From: Candidatus Saccharibacteria bacterium QS_5_54_17
Lineage (GTDB): Bacteria; Patescibacteriota; Saccharimonadia; QS-5-54-17
Length of the DNA: 48,501 nucleotides
Direction: 5' to 3'
Assembly (NCBI GenBank): GCA_003022365.1
Contig: PXOU01000011.1
Coordinates: 1 to 48,501 of the forward strand
Positions within the stretch are counted from its first letter, which is position 1. Every line of letters begins with the position of its first letter. The notes beneath the pieces were generated by a model. The model made no database searches. It saw only the letters and a program-made list of their open reading frames with translations, and was not told where the DNA came from. Below are positions 47,460 through 48,501 of the stretch, one piece after another. The translations under genes were made by a program, and so were the position numbers.

Positions 47460-47740
47460 AGATGTCATCCTGAACTTGGTTCAGGATCTTCCTCTTCCTG
47501 TCATCCTGAATTTATTTCAGGATCCGTTGCAGAAACGATTCCGAACTAAATTCGGAATGACAAAAAGGCTTTGCATTTTCCCCACTTGCTTCTTGCTTCT
47601 TACTGCTTGCTTCCTCTTCCTGTCATCCTGAATTTAGTTCAGGATCTATTTCAGGACCGGATTCCGAAACAAGTTCGGAATGACAAAAAGGCTTTGCATT
47701 TTTCACTTGCTTCTTACTTCTTACTGCTTACTTCTTGTTC
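47460..47740. repeat. REP-like cluster plus heptamer repeats
   Basis: Two tandem units of GTCATCCTGAA..GAATGACAAAAAGGCTTTGCATTTT followed by heptads. Confidence 0.88.
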
Positions 47741-47743
47741 CGG

Positions 47744-48091
47744 CTACTCCCCGGAAGCGGTTTGGACAATTTGCTCGAACACGTGGGGCTGATTAACCGC
47801 CAAGTCGGCCAGAACTTTCCGGTCCAGTTGGATGCCTGCCCGGTCAAGCGCGTTTATGAGCTGAGCATAGGAAGTGCCGTGTTGCCGGGCGGCAGCGTTG
47901 ATGCGGGAAATCCACAACCGGCGAAAGTCGCGCTTTTTGTTCCGGCGATCCCGGTATTGGTAGGCTTCGGCGCGGGTAACCGCCTGGCGTGCTCGGCGCG
48001 GGCTGGAGCGGTGGGTATGCTGCATACCCTTGGCGCGTTTTCTGACTTCCGCGTGCTGTTTATGTCTGGTGGTTCCGCTTTTGACTCTCAT
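47744..48091 (-). CDS. rplT: 50S ribosomal protein L20
   Basis: [38 protein letters not shown]. Confidence 0.97.
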   Translation of the reverse strand: MRVKSGTTRHKQHAEVRKRAKGMQHTHRSSPRRARQAVTRAEAYQYRDRRNKKRDFRRLWISRINAAARQHGTSYAQLINALDRAGIQLDRKVLADLAVNQPHVFEQIVQTASGE

Positions 48092-48142
48092 GCTGGTTCC
48101 TCCTTACAAAGTCGGATGGGCTTTGCCTCGGTGCTGCGTACG

Positions 48143-48337
48143 TTACCGCCGCAATCCCCGGCGCACGTTTTTGGCGTCACTGCTGTGGAACGGGAATTCC
48201 TTGGTGTAATTACGCTTCCGTGAATTCCGCTTTTTGGTCAACAAATGCGACCGATAGGCGTGCCGACGCCGCAGCTCACCCTTGCCGGTGACTTTGACGC
48301 GCTTATGGGCGCCCCGGTGTGTCTTCATCTTCGGCAT
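48143..48337 (-). CDS. rpmI: 50S ribosomal protein L35
   Basis: [20 protein letters not shown]. Confidence 0.97.
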   Translation of the reverse strand: MPKMKTHRGAHKRVKVTGKGELRRRHAYRSHLLTKKRNSRKRNYTKEFPFHSSDAKNVRRGLRR

Positions 48338-48427
48338 GCCGATGCTCTCTATTTATAATCACGCCCCGGCATTTTACGGACTTTGGGCGGTATATGCAAC
48401 AGGCGCAAAGTCTCACCGCAAATGCGA

Positions 48428-48501
48428 CTACCCGTACACTTTCTCTAAGGCTACTCTAGCATGTTCGGGGTCTCGGTCGTACCATTCTTGGAACTGAGCC
48501 G
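48428..48501 (-). CDS. 3' end of an unidentified gene (partial)
   Basis: Open frame ..AQFQEWYDRDPEHARVALEKVYG* entering from the window edge. Confidence 0.4.
   Translation of the reverse strand, partial: AQFQEWYDRDPEHARVALEKVYG

Overview
Bacterial chromosomal window, most likely a Patescibacteria/CPR (Saccharibacteria-like) genome. This is inferred from gene style, murT-gatD and many secreted beta-rich proteins; it is not proven. The left part holds an AT-richer island with a complete type V-A CRISPR-Cas locus: cas12a with an intact RuvC triad, cas4, cas1, cas2, and an array of 10 repeats and 9 spacers. The locus has several unusual features. (1) Spacer 5 copies the 3' end of the array's own repeat, starting exactly after the TTTC PAM inside the repeat. 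(2) The leader carries an anti-repeat and a long hairpin. (3) A second, degenerate repeat cluster lies 1.5 kb downstream. (4) Cas4 has Ser in place of three of its four expected Fe-S cysteines. (5) A small-protein plus HEPN two-gene module sits upstream. (6) Several minus-strand promoter-hairpin-terminator small-RNA cassettes flank the locus. The rest is housekeeping and accessory genes (thrS with a mosaic GC profile, miaA, murT/gatD, rpmB, rnhA, rplT, rpmI, tRNA-Pro, 6S RNA, RNase P RNA) and a cluster of WxL/pilin-like secreted proteins with DUF916-like partners. Intergenic space is dominated by GTCAT-type palindromic repeats and 7-nt tandem repeats. All calls come from reading the sequence; no searches were run.
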